Below are positions 28,622 to 40,413 of a stretch of 64,000 bases of DNA, one piece after another. How positions within the stretch are numbered: position 1 is the first letter of the stretch; every line of letters begins with the position of its first letter. Origin of the DNA: an uncultured Dehalococcoidia bacterium (GTDB lineage: Bacteria > Chloroflexota > Dehalococcoidia > Lucifugimonadales > GCA-2712585); NCBI GenBank assembly GCA_964439905.1, contig CAYTPK010000007.1, positions 68,539-132,538 of the forward strand. The letters are read 5' to 3'. The notes beneath the pieces were generated by a model. It did no database searches and was not told the origin of the DNA. It saw only the letters and a program-made list of their open reading frames with translations. The position numbers and the translations under genes were made by a program.

Positions 28622-31513
28622 TTAAACTATCGCATTTCTCAAAATTTCGACTAAATGCTTTGGTTGTTTGTTGGTACCGTGTTCGATTTGCTGCCTACAA
28701 GATATACCCGTAACCGCTATGTCCCATTCTTGACCTTTATTAGATATGCTAGGGAATAGCCTATCGTTTCCTATAGCCATAGATATATCGTAGTGTTCTT
28801 TTTCAAACCCAAAGGAACCAGCCATTCCACAACAACCTGCGTCAATTAATTCAACAGTGAAATTCTTGGGTAGACTTAAAGCTCGGATGGATGCGTCTAC
28901 TCCACTGATAGCTTTTTGATGGCAATGACCATGAAATTGAATCTGCTTGGGTAAGTCAGAGAATGTTAGATCCAATTCCCCGTGTTCGTATAAATCCACT
29001 AGGAATTGATCTATGAGTACAGAATTTTTAGCTATCAACCTAGAATCAGCGTCTTGTAGCAAATCGGGATATTCTTCTGTTAGGGTAAAAAGGCATGATG
29101 GTTCACATCCCACTATGGTTGCACCTGATAATACGTAAGGAATTAGGGAATCTACGTTTGATCGAGCGTTTGCACGGGCTTCTTCAAGCAACCCTTTAGA
29201 TATCATTGGTCGGCCGCAACACCGGACGTTTGCTAGAACAACCTTGAACCCACATTTCTCGAGTAACTCTGTAGCTGCTATCCCTATTTGGGGGAGATTA
29301 TAGTTCATAAACGTATCGTTAAATAGAACTACTGTACCTTTCTTGCCAGCGGTTAATGGTATGTGCTTTTTGAACCAATTTGGAAAAGTGGTTGTACTAA
29401 ATGTGGGTAGTCTCCGATTACGGTGGATTCCAAGTATAGATTGAAATATGTTATGGAGTCCTGGAATTTTAACCGAAAGATTGGTTAACATGTGGAACCG
29501 ACTTGCCCAGCGGCTAACAAGGTTTATGTTTGCAAAAAGGCGTGTTCGTAGTCTTGGTGGGTTGACCTTGTTGTATTGGTAAAGAAACTCGTATTTTATC
29601 TTGGCCATATCTACGCCTGATGGGCACTCTCCCTTACACCCCTTGCATTCAAGACACAAGTCCAGGGCTTCGTAAAGTCTTTTGTCGGCCAAAGTTTTGG
29701 GGGTGAGGGATCCAGATAACACTGCTCTCAATAAATTTGCTCTTCCTCTGGTCGAGTGCTCTTCTTCTCGAGTCGCCTGAAAAGATGGGCACATTGTCCC
29801 AGTTCCCTTTCTACAATCGCCCATACCGTTGCACATTTCGATGGCCCCTGTTAATCCATCGTCTGAGGAAAAGTCTAGTAACGTTTGTACGTTTAGGGGC
29901 GTATTGCCATTTCCGAATCGGAGATTCTCGATCATCGGAGGTGTATCAATTATTTTACCGGGGTTCATAAGATTGTTTGGGTCAAACGACTTTTTAATAT
30001 CTTGAAAAGCTTTATATAATTTTGGGCCGAACATTTTTTTTGTCCAAACTCCTCTCACTATACCGTCCCCGTGTTCGCCACTGAACGATCCACAAAATTC
30101 CTTGACTAAATCTCCTACCTCTTCGGCGATCTTGACCATTGTTTTCACTCCAGCTGGAGTTTTTAGATTTATCAAAGGTCGTATGTGGAGACATCCAACG
30201 CTTGCATGACCATAGTAGCCCGCAGATGTTTCATTGCTTTTTACTATAGAATCAAAACGACGGACAAACTCTCCTAATTTTGAAGGATGTACAGCTGTAT
30301 CTTCCACGAATGGTATTGGTTTGTTGTTTCCACGTATGCTCATTAGCAAACCAAGCCCAGCTTTTCGAATCGACCAGACTTTTTGTTGCTCTACATTATC
30401 CGTAATGTTAATCCATGCATAACCCAATGATTGTCTTCGCAAGGACATTTTAAATGAAGATAGCTTCTTTGAAATTTCCGAAGTGGTTTCACCAGAAAAT
30501 TCCACTACTAGTACCGCTTCTGGTCGGCCGTCTATAAATTTCATAAGTCTGGAGAAAGCTGGAGACTCTCGAGTCCTCTCTATAAGCATGCTGTCGATCA
30601 GTTCTACAGCTGACGGGTTATGCTCTAGAATAGGGTTGGTGGCAGCACAGGCCACCGCTAGATCATTGAAATGCACTATACACAACCCGGTATATCTCGG
30701 AGTTTTAACGAGTTTCACCTTAGCTTCTGTCACCACACAAAGTGTGCCTTCGGATCCCACGACAAGGTCTGCCATGTTGTGTTCGCTGTTTCCGATTAAT
30801 GAATCGAGATTATAACCGCTGATTCGGCGGGGTATCTCGGGATAATTTGACTCTATTTCGGTCGAGTTTGCTCGGGCAATATCCAGTACCTCGCGATAGA
30901 TATTTCCTTCGAAATCTTGCTGAGAAAGTTTTTTCTCTAGTTGAATTGCATCCAAAGGTCTGAAGTTGGCTTTTGTTGCGTTGGAGAGAACAGATTCTAT
31001 TTCCAAGATTTGATCACTTGTCTTTCCGTAGATTAGTGAATGGGAACCACAAGAATTATTCCCTATGCCTCCCCCGATACAAGCTCTGTTCGAAGTCGAT
31101 GGGTCCGGACCGTACCTGACCCGTTGTTCAGCCAGGAAATTTCGATTCAGATCATCTAGAACAATTCCTGGCTGAACCCTAGCCCACCGTTCCTCATAGT
31201 TGATTTCTAGGACCTGGTTCATGTATTTAGAGAAATCCAAGACCAGCGCGTGATTGACTGTTTGCCCAGCTAAACTAGTCCCTCCTCCTCGGGGCATGAT
31301 AGGGATATCAGCGGTTTTGGCTATCTCCATTGAAGCTAAAACGTCATCTGTGTCTCGTGGTAATACGATTCCGATGGGTTCCATTTGGTAAATACTTGCA
31401 TCGGTGCTATAAAGTGTTTTTGAAAAGGAGTCAAAGCGCACATCTCCCAGAATAGTCCGTTTAAGGTCTGACTCCAACGCAAAGAGATCGTTTTGGCTTT
31501 TGTTCATTTCCAC
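28622..31513 (-). CDS. FAD-linked oxidase (GlcD-like) fused to an Fe-S / CCG-domain (GlpC/GlcF-like) oxidoreductase
   Basis: 963 aa. The N-terminus is an FAD-binding PCMH domain (PRGGGTSLAGQ). The middle carries ferredoxin-type clusters (CxxCxxCxxxCP-like: CLECKGCKGECP). The C-terminus carries cysteine-rich CCG repeats (CCG, CCGMAG). Confidence 0.9.
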   Translation of the reverse strand: MEMNKSQNDLFALESDLKRTILGDVRFDSFSKTLYSTDASIYQMEPIGIVLPRDTDDVLASMEIAKTADIPIMPRGGGTSLAGQTVNHALVLDFSKYMNQVLEINYEERWARVQPGIVLDDLNRNFLAEQRVRYGPDPSTSNRACIGGGIGNNSCGSHSLIYGKTSDQILEIESVLSNATKANFRPLDAIQLEKKLSQQDFEGNIYREVLDIARANSTEIESNYPEIPRRISGYNLDSLIGNSEHNMADLVVGSEGTLCVVTEAKVKLVKTPRYTGLCIVHFNDLAVACAATNPILEHNPSAVELIDSMLIERTRESPAFSRLMKFIDGRPEAVLVVEFSGETTSEISKKLSSFKMSLRRQSLGYAWINITDNVEQQKVWSIRKAGLGLLMSIRGNNKPIPFVEDTAVHPSKLGEFVRRFDSIVKSNETSAGYYGHASVGCLHIRPLINLKTPAGVKTMVKIAEEVGDLVKEFCGSFSGEHGDGIVRGVWTKKMFGPKLYKAFQDIKKSFDPNNLMNPGKIIDTPPMIENLRFGNGNTPLNVQTLLDFSSDDGLTGAIEMCNGMGDCRKGTGTMCPSFQATREEEHSTRGRANLLRAVLSGSLTPKTLADKRLYEALDLCLECKGCKGECPSGVDMAKIKYEFLYQYNKVNPPRLRTRLFANINLVSRWASRFHMLTNLSVKIPGLHNIFQSILGIHRNRRLPTFSTTTFPNWFKKHIPLTAGKKGTVVLFNDTFMNYNLPQIGIAATELLEKCGFKVVLANVRCCGRPMISKGLLEEARANARSNVDSLIPYVLSGATIVGCEPSCLFTLTEEYPDLLQDADSRLIAKNSVLIDQFLVDLYEHGELDLTFSDLPKQIQFHGHCHQKAISGVDASIRALSLPKNFTVELIDAGCCGMAGSFGFEKEHYDISMAIGNDRLFPSISNKGQEWDIAVTGISCRQQIEHGTNKQPKHLVEILRNAIV

Positions 31514-31669
31514 CTACTTTAGCCCAGTCTAACCTTTTGATCAACGAAAACTAAGGCTAATCAATCGAGATTTATCGACACTTTCAAAAAACAAATTTGA
31601 ACGGTTATGTAGAAATCTCTTCGTTTCTCGACAATTCAATTGCAAGTCAGTATTTTTATATAGATATAC

Positions 31670-32167
31670 ATGAGTTCTGAAGATCGTTATTGTTCATTCT
31701 GTGCCAATCATTTGGAGAAAAGGTTGATCCAAGGTGTTGAAAGGCCTGCGTGTTTAAAATGCGGACGAGTTATTTATTATGACCCGAAATTAGCGGTTAC
31801 CGTGGTTATTGAAGTAAGTGGTAAAGTAATTATGGTAAAGAGGGCTATGGATCCTGGAAAGGGATTATGGGGGTTCCCTGGAGGATACGTAAATAGAGGC
31901 GAACGAATTGAGGACGGTGCTGCCCGAGAGGTAAATGAAGAAACAGGTCTTATAGTATCTATTGATCGACTTATCGGTCTATTTTCTGAACCTGATGACC
32001 CTATTGTCTTGGCTGTGTTTTCTGGTCAGAAGATTGGCGGAGAGATTAACTGCGATAGTATTGAAGTGATGGATGTCGATGGGTTCAGTCTGGATAAGCT
32101 CCCTCCCTTAGCTTTTACACGGGATCTAAGCATACTCGAAATGTGGCATAAAGGAAGATCTTCATAA
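31670..32167 (+). CDS. NUDIX hydrolase with N-terminal zinc ribbon
   Basis: CSFC...CLKCG zinc ribbon followed by the Nudix box GFPGGYVNRGERIEDGAAREVNEETGL. Confidence 0.85.
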   Translation: MSSEDRYCSFCANHLEKRLIQGVERPACLKCGRVIYYDPKLAVTVVIEVSGKVIMVKRAMDPGKGLWGFPGGYVNRGERIEDGAAREVNEETGLIVSIDRLIGLFSEPDDPIVLAVFSGQKIGGEINCDSIEVMDVDGFSLDKLPPLAFTRDLSILEMWHKGRSS

Positions 32168-32185
32168 ACGGGCAGTAGCCTTTTG

Positions 32186-33079
32186 TTAATGAACTTCAGT
32201 ATGCCCGATTTCTTCAAGAGCCTTGATGTAAGATTGGGTACCCTCTTCATCCAGACCTTTTTGACCCAGAACATAGAAGAACTGTCTGGCTACAGAAGAT
32301 ACTGGCATAGGAAGTTCTAGTTCCTCGGAAGCTTGATTAATTAGTCTTTGATCTTTAAGCATTAGTTTTACCGTGAATCCAGGGGCAAAATCTCTTTTAA
32401 TGATCCTAGATCCCAAGTTTTCTAATTGCCACGAATTCGCAGCCCCTCCCGTGATAGCCTGAAACACCTTTTCTAAATTTACGCCCGCTTTAGATCCGAG
32501 CAACAACCCTTCGCAAACAGATGCCAATGTGCCGGCTACTATAACCTGATTAACCAATTTGCAGACCTGACCCATACCAGTGGGCCCAATATGAACTACT
32601 GTTTTCCCGAGGGCTTCAAAAATGGGTAAACATCTTTGAAATACTTCATCGTCACCCCCTACCATAATGGATAATGTGCCATCTTCTGCAGCCCATGAAC
32701 TACCACTGACAGGAGCATCGAGCATGCTTGCACCTTTCTCAGACAACTTTTCTGACAGGGTTTTCGTCATCGAGGGAGATATAGTGCTCATATCTATTAC
32801 AACGGAATTACGATGAATCCCCTCAAAGATTCCTTCGTTTCCTAACACAATTTCGTGGACGTCGGGGGAATCAGATACTATAGTGATGATCACATCAGAA
32901 TTTTCAGCTACTTCTTTAGGTGATGAAGCTAGGTGTGCCCCGGCCTGTTTTAGGGCATCCGTTTTAACTCTAGTCCTGTTATAAACCGTTAGACTATAGC
33001 CAGCAGAAATTAAGTTCAATGCCATGGGTTTTCCCATGATTCCTAATCCAATAAACCCGATTCGCTCCATATGATCCAT
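32186..33079 (-). CDS. 3-hydroxyisobutyrate / 2-hydroxy-3-oxopropionate reductase-family NAD(P) dehydrogenase
   Basis: IGFIGLGIMGKPMALNL Rossmann motif, DAPVSG, and a C-terminal 6-PGDH-like helical domain. The real start may be ATG 33070. Confidence 0.85.
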   Translation of the reverse strand: MDHMERIGFIGLGIMGKPMALNLISAGYSLTVYNRTRVKTDALKQAGAHLASSPKEVAENSDVIITIVSDSPDVHEIVLGNEGIFEGIHRNSVVIDMSTISPSMTKTLSEKLSEKGASMLDAPVSGSSWAAEDGTLSIMVGGDDEVFQRCLPIFEALGKTVVHIGPTGMGQVCKLVNQVIVAGTLASVCEGLLLGSKAGVNLEKVFQAITGGAANSWQLENLGSRIIKRDFAPGFTVKLMLKDQRLINQASEELELPMPVSSVARQFFYVLGQKGLDEEGTQSYIKALEEIGHTEVH

Positions 33080-33223
33080 GTACTACGTCCTCACTTTCCT
33101 AATTTTGCGTGCCATTCTCAATGTACTTAAGGATAGAGGTACCGTCAAATGCCGTGATTCGGGAATATAGATTATCTAAAAGGAAAGTGGGTGTGACAAA
33201 GATTGTGGGTCACGTTAAAATAG

Positions 33224-34411
33224 GTGCGGTTTTCCGCTCGAGGTAATGTTATAAAAATTCACGAATATCAAGCAAAAGCATTGATGTCCCAGTATGGAAT
33301 TGAAATTCCAGAGGGGTATTCAGCTTCCAATGCAGAACAAACGGGACTATTGATCAATCAACTTGGCCCTCCGGTTGTCGTGAAAGCACAGATACATGCT
33401 GGAGGTAGGGGTATGGGAGGAGGAGTTAAACTTGTTAATTCATCACAGGAAGGTATGGATATCGCCAGAACTTTGATCGGCTCCCGTTTAACTACTAATC
33501 AAACCGGGCCGGATGGGTCTATAGTTAACGAGTTGTTAGTCGAGAAGACCGTAGCAATTAAGAGAGAAATGTACTTGGCGTGTGTTGTTGACCGAATGTC
33601 ACAAGGACCATTGTTGATAGTCAGTTCCTCCGGAGGAATGGATATAGAAGAGATCGCGAAGACCGATCCAGAAAGGATTCTGCGTGTTTCCGTTGATCTC
33701 GCCGCAGGGTTCCAACATTATCAATCTCGTATCATATGTAGATTTTTGGATTTGGATGCAATCTTTACAAAGAAGATATTCGATTTGGTGTCGGCCGTTT
33801 GTGAATTGTTTATCGAGAACGATTGTAGCCTTGTTGAAATCAACCCCTTGGTATTAGACGAAAATGATTGTTTGATAGCTCTAGATGCCAAAATAGATCT
33901 CGATGATGATGCGCTGTTCAGACATATGGATCTGAGTGAGCTTAAGGATTCTACTCAGCAAGAAGATTTAGAAAGGCAGGCTGCAGAAGCTGGTGTAGCC
34001 TACGTAAAATTGGATGGAACAGTTGGCTGCCTTGTCAATGGAGCGGGACTTGCAATGGCTACCATGGATTTAGCCCACGGGGTGGGAACAGAACCAGCCA
34101 ATTTCCTTGATGTTGGAGGTAGCGCAACCGTAGAAAAGATATCTGCGGCCGTGAAAATTATGCTCAGTGATACCAACGTATCATTGATCCTGGTAAACAT
34201 ATTTGGAGGAATATTGCGGTGCGATATTTTAGCCGAGGGGATTGTTAAGGCTTTCAAGGATTTTGGGGGCTCATTGCCAATAGTGGTGAGAATGTCTGGG
34301 ACCAATGTCGAAGCAGGAACCAGAATTCTAGCCGAGTCAAAATTGAACGTATCTTTTGCTTCGACACTGAGCGATCTTGAACGTATATTGTCTACAAAAC
34401 ATGCTGCTTGA
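33224..34411 (+). CDS. sucC: Succinate--CoA ligase beta subunit
   Basis: [22 protein letters not shown] and [11 protein letters not shown] motifs. The exact start is uncertain (GTG 33224). Confidence 0.92.
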   Translation: MRFSARGNVIKIHEYQAKALMSQYGIEIPEGYSASNAEQTGLLINQLGPPVVVKAQIHAGGRGMGGGVKLVNSSQEGMDIARTLIGSRLTTNQTGPDGSIVNELLVEKTVAIKREMYLACVVDRMSQGPLLIVSSSGGMDIEEIAKTDPERILRVSVDLAAGFQHYQSRIICRFLDLDAIFTKKIFDLVSAVCELFIENDCSLVEINPLVLDENDCLIALDAKIDLDDDALFRHMDLSELKDSTQQEDLERQAAEAGVAYVKLDGTVGCLVNGAGLAMATMDLAHGVGTEPANFLDVGGSATVEKISAAVKIMLSDTNVSLILVNIFGGILRCDILAEGIVKAFKDFGGSLPIVVRMSGTNVEAGTRILAESKLNVSFASTLSDLERILSTKHAA

Positions 34412-34434
34412 TTCTGTGGAGGGCCTTATCTCGC

Positions 34435-35310
34435 ATGAGTATATTTGTTAACGCCAAAACAAGATTATTAGTCCAAGGTATTACTGGTCGTGAGGGCGGA
34501 TTTCATACTGAACAATGTCTGACATATGGAACAAATGTTGTTGCTGGTGTTACCCCTGGTAAGGGAGGACTTATGGTAGCCGGGAAAATCCCGGTTTTCG
34601 AATCAGTATATCAAGCTGTCAATGAAACGGGAGCCAACGTTTCACTGATATTTGTACCCGCTCCTTTTGCGCAAGATGCGATGTTAGAAGCGGTGGATGC
34701 AGGCATTGAACTGGTGATTTGCATAGCTGAAGGAGTGCCCATTTTAGACTCTGCCAAAACTCTGAATTTTATTAGGAAGAAAGGTGCGAGATTGTTGGGC
34801 CCTAACTGCCCTGGGATTATATCTCCAGGAGAAAGATGCAAGGTAGGGATCATGCCAGGTTATATACACATGCCTGGTAAAGTAGGTGTTGTTTCGAGAA
34901 GTGGAACGCTTTCATATGAAGCCGTTAGTCAATTGACAGGGTTGGGCATAGGGCAAAGTACGTGTGTGGGAATAGGGGGCGATCCATTGATCGGGACTGA
35001 TTTTGTCGACGTATTGAAATTATTTAACCAAGATCCTGAGACCGAGCTAATAGTGTTGATTGGAGAAATAGGCGGAAGTATGGAACAGGAAGCTGCGAGA
35101 TATATAGAGGAGCATGTTACGAAACCGGTTGCTGCCTTCATTGCTGGAGCCACAGCTCCTTCGGGAAAACGGATGGGTCACGCCGGAGCTATAATTACTG
35201 GATCCGATGGAACCGTTGGAGCAAAAACAGCTGCTTTGGAAAGGGCGGGTGTTGTCATGATTCCTTCGCCTGGTGAAATTGGCGTCACAGTAAAGAGTCT
35301 TATTGATTGA
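34435..35310 (+). CDS. sucD: Succinate--CoA ligase alpha subunit
   Basis: [30 protein letters not shown] and the GHAGAII phosphohistidine loop. The tracked ORF start 34408 overlaps sucC. Confidence 0.95.
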   Translation: MSIFVNAKTRLLVQGITGREGGFHTEQCLTYGTNVVAGVTPGKGGLMVAGKIPVFESVYQAVNETGANVSLIFVPAPFAQDAMLEAVDAGIELVICIAEGVPILDSAKTLNFIRKKGARLLGPNCPGIISPGERCKVGIMPGYIHMPGKVGVVSRSGTLSYEAVSQLTGLGIGQSTCVGIGGDPLIGTDFVDVLKLFNQDPETELIVLIGEIGGSMEQEAARYIEEHVTKPVAAFIAGATAPSGKRMGHAGAIITGSDGTVGAKTAALERAGVVMIPSPGEIGVTVKSLID

Positions 35311-35369
35311 TTCTTTTCCCATCAAATAGTAAAATCTCCATCGCTTGCAATTTGGAATTATAGAGGGTT

Positions 35370-36650
35370 ATGACTTTGGTACCTTTAGATAAAGCCATCG
35401 GGTCCGGTGCCTCAATATTCGAAATGGCGAAAGCCCAGTTTTATGTGGCTGCTGATAAATTGGATCTTGATTCAGGTATGCGCGATATATTGGCAGCATG
35501 TAAGAGAGAGTTCACGGTAAATTTCCCCGTAAAGATGGATGATGGTAGTGTAACTGTATTCACCGGTCATAGAGTCCAACACAATATTAATAGAGGTCCA
35601 GCTAAAGGCGGGATCAGATTTCATGAAGATGTTACTCTCGATGAAGTTAAAGCTCTTGCAATGTGGATGACATGGAAATGCGCTGTAACTAACATACCCT
35701 TTGGGGGCGGCAAGGGAGGGGTTACCGTTAATCCCAAGCTAATGTCGATTGGAGAGAAAGAAAGATTAACTAGAAGATACGCGACCGAAATCGCTCCATT
35801 GATTGGTACTGAATCCGATATTCCGGCACCGGATGTTAACACTGATGGTCAGGTGATGGCCTGGATAATGGACACAATTAGTATGCATAGCGGATACACG
35901 CAGCCAGGGATAGTGACTGGGAAACCTATTGGTATAGGCGGGACCTTAGGACGGACCGAAGCAACCGGTAGGGGTGTAATGATCACTGCCAGAGAAGCTG
36001 CTAAAGAGGTTGGACTTGATCTCAGAGGAGCACGGGTAGTTATCCAAGGTTATGGTAACGTTGGGTTCTGGGCAGCTGAACTTTTGCACAAGGAGCTAGG
36101 CTGCAAAATCGTTGGTGCTAGCGATAGCAGTGGTGCTATTTATTGTGAAGCGGGTTTAGATCCGACTAAATTAAACGATTACAAGAATTCCGCAGGCTCG
36201 GTGCACGAATTCCCAGGGACCGATTCGGTGACGCAAGAAGAGCTTTTGGAATTACCTTGTGAAATATTAGTACCTGCGGCGCTAGAACAGCAAATTACGA
36301 AGGATAACGCAAATAATGTTAAAGCTAAGTTAGTAGTCGAGGGGGCTAATGGCCCCACGACTCCTGATGCAGATAAGATATTAGCAGATAAAGGCACAAT
36401 GGTGATACCAGATATACTAGCTAATGCGGGTGGTGTGGTAGTCTCCTACTTTGAATGGGTACAGGACACTCAACACCTTTTCTGGGACAAAGATGAGGTT
36501 GACCGCCGGCTAGAAGATATACTTGGCCAGAGTTTTTCCGGGGTCGCGAGTACTGCTAAAAAACATAATTGTGATATGAGATTAGCAGCCCTGATGACTG
36601 CTATAGAGCGTGTTGCCGAGGCCACTAGATTGAGGGGCATCTATCCTTAA
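35370..36650 (+). CDS. gdhA: Glutamate dehydrogenase
   Basis: GPAKGGIRFH, PFGGGKGG and the GYGNVG Rossmann motif. Confidence 0.94.
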   Translation: MTLVPLDKAIGSGASIFEMAKAQFYVAADKLDLDSGMRDILAACKREFTVNFPVKMDDGSVTVFTGHRVQHNINRGPAKGGIRFHEDVTLDEVKALAMWMTWKCAVTNIPFGGGKGGVTVNPKLMSIGEKERLTRRYATEIAPLIGTESDIPAPDVNTDGQVMAWIMDTISMHSGYTQPGIVTGKPIGIGGTLGRTEATGRGVMITAREAAKEVGLDLRGARVVIQGYGNVGFWAAELLHKELGCKIVGASDSSGAIYCEAGLDPTKLNDYKNSAGSVHEFPGTDSVTQEELLELPCEILVPAALEQQITKDNANNVKAKLVVEGANGPTTPDADKILADKGTMVIPDILANAGGVVVSYFEWVQDTQHLFWDKDEVDRRLEDILGQSFSGVASTAKKHNCDMRLAALMTAIERVAEATRLRGIYP

Positions 36651-37249
36651 AGGTATGGCCTTACCAGACCTTGAATTTCTATTGAAACTTCTTTGATTGG
36701 CTTGGACCCGTCTACAATGGCCCATTTACAAGGGCTTTCCCCTGCTAACTCAAGATACCCTTTTCTTACACGATCCAAAAACGTTGTCCCACTTGCTTCC
36801 ATGGCGTCACGGTTGCCTAAACCCTTTCTAGAATCTAATGTGTGGACAGGTACATCGAGCAGAATATTAAGTGTGGGATATAGGCCCTGGCATGCCTCAT
36901 TGCATAATGGCCTCAACTTTTCTAATGAGAGGCCTCGGCCGTATCCCTGATATGCCAGCGTAGACCCCACGAATCGATCGCATATCACGTGTGAACCGTT
37001 AGATAATGCAGGTTTTATGATTTTTTCTACATGTTCTGCCCTATCGGCGTTAAAAAGCAATGATTCAGCAAAGGCTGTTATGCCATTATTCGATTTTATG
37101 AACTGAGATATGGCAAGGCCTAGAGGTGTTCCGCCTGGCTCTTTTGTTAGAATGGAATCGATACCGTTACTCTTGAAAAATTCGTATAGTAACGCGGCTT
37201 GAGTTGTCTTTCCTGATGCGTCAATGCCCTCTAGTGCAATAAAAGTCAT
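36647..37249 (-). CDS. tmk: Thymidylate kinase
   Basis: FIALEGIDASGKTTQ P-loop, the DRF motif and the lid region. Its end overlaps the gdhA end by 4 nt (TTAA). Confidence 0.92.
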   Translation of the reverse strand: MTFIALEGIDASGKTTQAALLYEFFKSNGIDSILTKEPGGTPLGLAISQFIKSNNGITAFAESLLFNADRAEHVEKIIKPALSNGSHVICDRFVGSTLAYQGYGRGLSLEKLRPLCNEACQGLYPTLNILLDVPVHTLDSRKGLGNRDAMEASGTTFLDRVRKGYLELAGESPCKWAIVDGSKPIKEVSIEIQGLVRPYL

Positions 37250-37257
37250 GATGGATA

Positions 37258-38868
37258 TTATCGCTGCAAGAGGCGAATATGGCGATTTGGCTCGGATCCG
37301 CTACTCAGTGACCCAAGGTTATATTTTTGGGCCAGTAGGTGTTGTAACCTTCGGATATAAGCGGGTTGTGAAGATAGGTCCATATATTCAGCCGTTCCCT
37401 CTAAGAGTTTTCTGGACGCAGTGTGAGCCTCTGTTAGGGCATTATCTAAATCGTTTTGGTGAGACTGACCACTCCTATCAACTTTAACCATGTTTCTTAG
37501 GAATTGGTATACTTGGGTGGTAGAGTTTTTTCTTATAACATGTACTGGAATTCTAAAACTTTCAGCTGTCTTAACTACTTTTGACCCCCGCTTATAATGA
37601 GGTTTAGTTGTAAGTACGAGGTCAGCTGTTCGAAGGTCATTAGTGATTTCGACACTAACGCCTGTAGACATAGATCCCTGTTCCAATTTGTCTCGCCCAA
37701 TACCGAAGAGAAAGATCTTACGAGGCGGCATGCCCTTTTCTGGTCTGGAAATGGCCGGATTGTCGTTAAAAGCTGATGAATTGTTTGACGGTAAGAAGTT
37801 TGACGTTTGATCATAATTATTATGATTATCAGAAGGATGCCATTGAATTACAGCCTGTCGATGGGATTTACTTAGCTTGCGGTTCCCATCTAAAGTTCTG
37901 ACCTCAGGTATTAAGGGAAGTCCTCTTAACCAAGAGTCTACGACTTTAGATATATCCTTATGAACCGCCACAGTGTCCCTGTCTTGGATTTCCACCACGA
38001 CGTCGAATGTAGGAAGGGCTTTTCGTTCCAGAACCGTCTTCTGTGTGCCTCTAAACCTTGCTTCATCATCGCCAAGGGTTACGGTTTGTATGCCGCCTAC
38101 TAGGTCACATAGGGTGGGATTCATTATGAGATTGTCCAAGGAGTTACCATGAGCGGTTGCTATTAGTTGCACCCCTCGTTCCGCTATGGTGCGGGCGGCA
38201 ATGGCTTCTTGTTCTGTTCCCATTTCATCGATAACTATTACTTCGGGCATATGATTTTCCACGGCCTCAATCATCACATCGTGCTGACGATTTGGAGTTG
38301 CCACCTGCATTCTACGTGCGTGTCCTATTGCTGGATGAGGTATGTCTCCGTCACCTGCTATTTCGTTGGACGTGTCTACTACAATCACCCTCTTTTTAGC
38401 AGAATCTGCCAATATCCGGCTTACCTCTCTGAGCATAGTGGTTTTCCCTACTCCCGGTCTGCCCAGAAGAAGTATGTTTTCATTTGAAATTACTATGTCT
38501 TCAATTATATCAATTGTTCCGAATATAGCTCGGCCTACTCGACATGTTAGCCCGAGTACACGGCCCTTACGATTTCTAATTGCTGAAATTCTGTGTAGAG
38601 TTCGTTCTATACCCGCCCGGTTATCGTCTCCGAACTCCCCTACTCTTTCAATAACATGATTAAGATCTCTCTCGGTGATTTCCTTCTCACTCAGAATCAT
38701 GTCAAACCCTGGGAATCTAGCTTCAGGTGGCCGACCTACGTCTAATATGATTTCCAGGAGGTCATCTAAGGAGTTCGTTTGCTCCACTAAAGGACTAAGT
38801 GTATCCGCTGGTAAGCACTGGAGTAAAAGGTCTAGATCGCTATCTATTGTTTTGGTCAATGTCTTCAA
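37258..38868 (-). CDS. AAA-type ATPase with C-terminal R3H nucleic-acid-binding domain (Ycf45/SpoIIIAA-like)
   Basis: Walker A LLLGRPGVGKTT, Walker B VIVIDE, a low-complexity linker, then the C-terminal R3H-like segment SSGSEPNRHIRLL. Confidence 0.8.
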   Translation of the reverse strand: MKTLTKTIDSDLDLLLQCLPADTLSPLVEQTNSLDDLLEIILDVGRPPEARFPGFDMILSEKEITERDLNHVIERVGEFGDDNRAGIERTLHRISAIRNRKGRVLGLTCRVGRAIFGTIDIIEDIVISNENILLLGRPGVGKTTMLREVSRILADSAKKRVIVVDTSNEIAGDGDIPHPAIGHARRMQVATPNRQHDVMIEAVENHMPEVIVIDEMGTEQEAIAARTIAERGVQLIATAHGNSLDNLIMNPTLCDLVGGIQTVTLGDDEARFRGTQKTVLERKALPTFDVVVEIQDRDTVAVHKDISKVVDSWLRGLPLIPEVRTLDGNRKLSKSHRQAVIQWHPSDNHNNYDQTSNFLPSNNSSAFNDNPAISRPEKGMPPRKIFLFGIGRDKLEQGSMSTGVSVEITNDLRTADLVLTTKPHYKRGSKVVKTAESFRIPVHVIRKNSTTQVYQFLRNMVKVDRSGQSHQNDLDNALTEAHTASRKLLEGTAEYMDLSSQPAYIRRLQHLLAQKYNLGSLSSGSEPNRHIRLLQR

Positions 38869-38925
38869 TCTCTCTACATATTAACCGCATCTACAATTGT
38901 TCCTAGGCACATAAGGTTCGTCCTA

Positions 38926-39495
38926 CTACTTTACCAAAGAAATAAAGAATTTATGAAATCGGGCATCGTTTGTCAGCTCTGGATGAAATGCGGTTGCGAG
39001 CATATTGTCTTGTTTTACCGCAACCGGAGTTCCATCATTAAGTTTGGCAATGACCTCTACGTTCTCTCCGATATATGTAAAAGAAGGTGCACGTATAAAT
39101 ATTGCGTGTATTGGATTGCCCTTTATGACAGACACAGGTATATCGGCTTCGAAACTATCTAACTGTCGCCCATAGGCATTTCGTTTTACAGTGATATTCA
39201 TAAGATTAAGGGGTTCTGGTCGGTCATCTGTGAGGGTTTCCGCCATCATTATCATCCCGGCGCATGTACCCCATATTGGCCTGCCCGACTGCGCATAACG
39301 TTTTATGGGGTCGGTTAATTCATAAATATCGAAGAGTTTACGAAGAGTTGTACTTTCGCCACCTGGAATGATCAGTCCGTCGACGTCCTCCAGGTCTTTT
39401 GGTAGACGAACCTCTTGTGTCTGGACATTTAGTGTTTTGAGAATTGCGAGGTGCTCAGAAAAGTCACCCTGAACAGCCATAACACCTATGATCAC
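38926..39495 (-). CDS. pdxT: Pyridoxal 5'-phosphate synthase glutaminase subunit
   Basis: IGVMAVQGDF, GTCAGMIM (catalytic Cys) and FHPE motifs. Confidence 0.93.
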   Translation of the reverse strand: MIIGVMAVQGDFSEHLAILKTLNVQTQEVRLPKDLEDVDGLIIPGGESTTLRKLFDIYELTDPIKRYAQSGRPIWGTCAGMIMMAETLTDDRPEPLNLMNITVKRNAYGRQLDSFEADIPVSVIKGNPIHAIFIRAPSFTYIGENVEVIAKLNDGTPVAVKQDNMLATAFHPELTNDARFHKFFISLVK

Positions 39496-39531
39496 TTGTT
39501 TGAAATCCTGCCGATCTCTATCCAGAAGTGG

Positions 39532-40413
39532 TTACCATCCACGAGTTGCTAGCAACTCATTATCTGGCAGCTCTCTTGTAGATATGCCGGACATAGCCGG
39601 CCCTAAGCCTTTTGAAACATCTGCCACGATCTGGGGATCTTTATAGTGAGTTACTGCTTGAACAATAGCTTTTGCCATGGCTGATGGATTCTGGGCTTTG
39701 AAGATTCCAGAGCCTACGAAAACCCCATCAGATCCTAGATGCATCATTAATGCTGCATCGGCCGGAGTAGCGACACCGCCTGCCGAGAAATTTACTACTG
39801 GTAATCGCCCCAGTTTTTTGACGGACTGTACAAGATCTAATGGAGCTCCGAGGTTTTTGGCTTCGGTAGCTAGCTCATCTGAACTCATATTTTGGATTTT
39901 CCGGATTTGGCCCAACACGGTTCGGTTGTGTCTAACCGCTTCTACCACGTCGCCCGTTCCGGCTTCTCCCTTTGTTCGAATCATAGCTGCCCCCTCGGAT
40001 ATCCTTCTCAGGGCTTCACCTAAATTACGACACCCACACACAAATGGGACGTCAAAATCATGTTTCCATACGTGATGTTCTTCGTCTGCAGGGGTGAGGA
40101 CTTCAGACTCGTCGATGTAATCTATGCCCAGAGCTTGTAGGACCTGAGCTTCAACAAAATGTCCTATACGACATTTTGCCATTACTGGGATAGTTACCGC
40201 TTGTTGTATCTCTATAATCTTGGTTGGATCTGACATTCTAGCTACTCCACCGTCAGCTCTGATATCAGAAGGCACTCTCTCGAGCGCCATTACTGCACAT
40301 GCACCAGCATCTTCGGCAATTTTTGCCTGCTCGGCGGTGACTACATCCATGATTACGCCGCCTTTCAACATTTGAGCTAAGCCTGTCTTTACTTTCCAGG
40401 TACCCTTTGCCAT
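39532..40413 (-). CDS. pdxS: Pyridoxal 5'-phosphate synthase lyase subunit
   Basis: Highly conserved [18 protein letters not shown] and [15 protein letters not shown] motifs. Confidence 0.97.
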   Translation of the reverse strand: MAKGTWKVKTGLAQMLKGGVIMDVVTAEQAKIAEDAGACAVMALERVPSDIRADGGVARMSDPTKIIEIQQAVTIPVMAKCRIGHFVEAQVLQALGIDYIDESEVLTPADEEHHVWKHDFDVPFVCGCRNLGEALRRISEGAAMIRTKGEAGTGDVVEAVRHNRTVLGQIRKIQNMSSDELATEAKNLGAPLDLVQSVKKLGRLPVVNFSAGGVATPADAALMMHLGSDGVFVGSGIFKAQNPSAMAKAIVQAVTHYKDPQIVADVSKGLGPAMSGISTRELPDNELLATRGW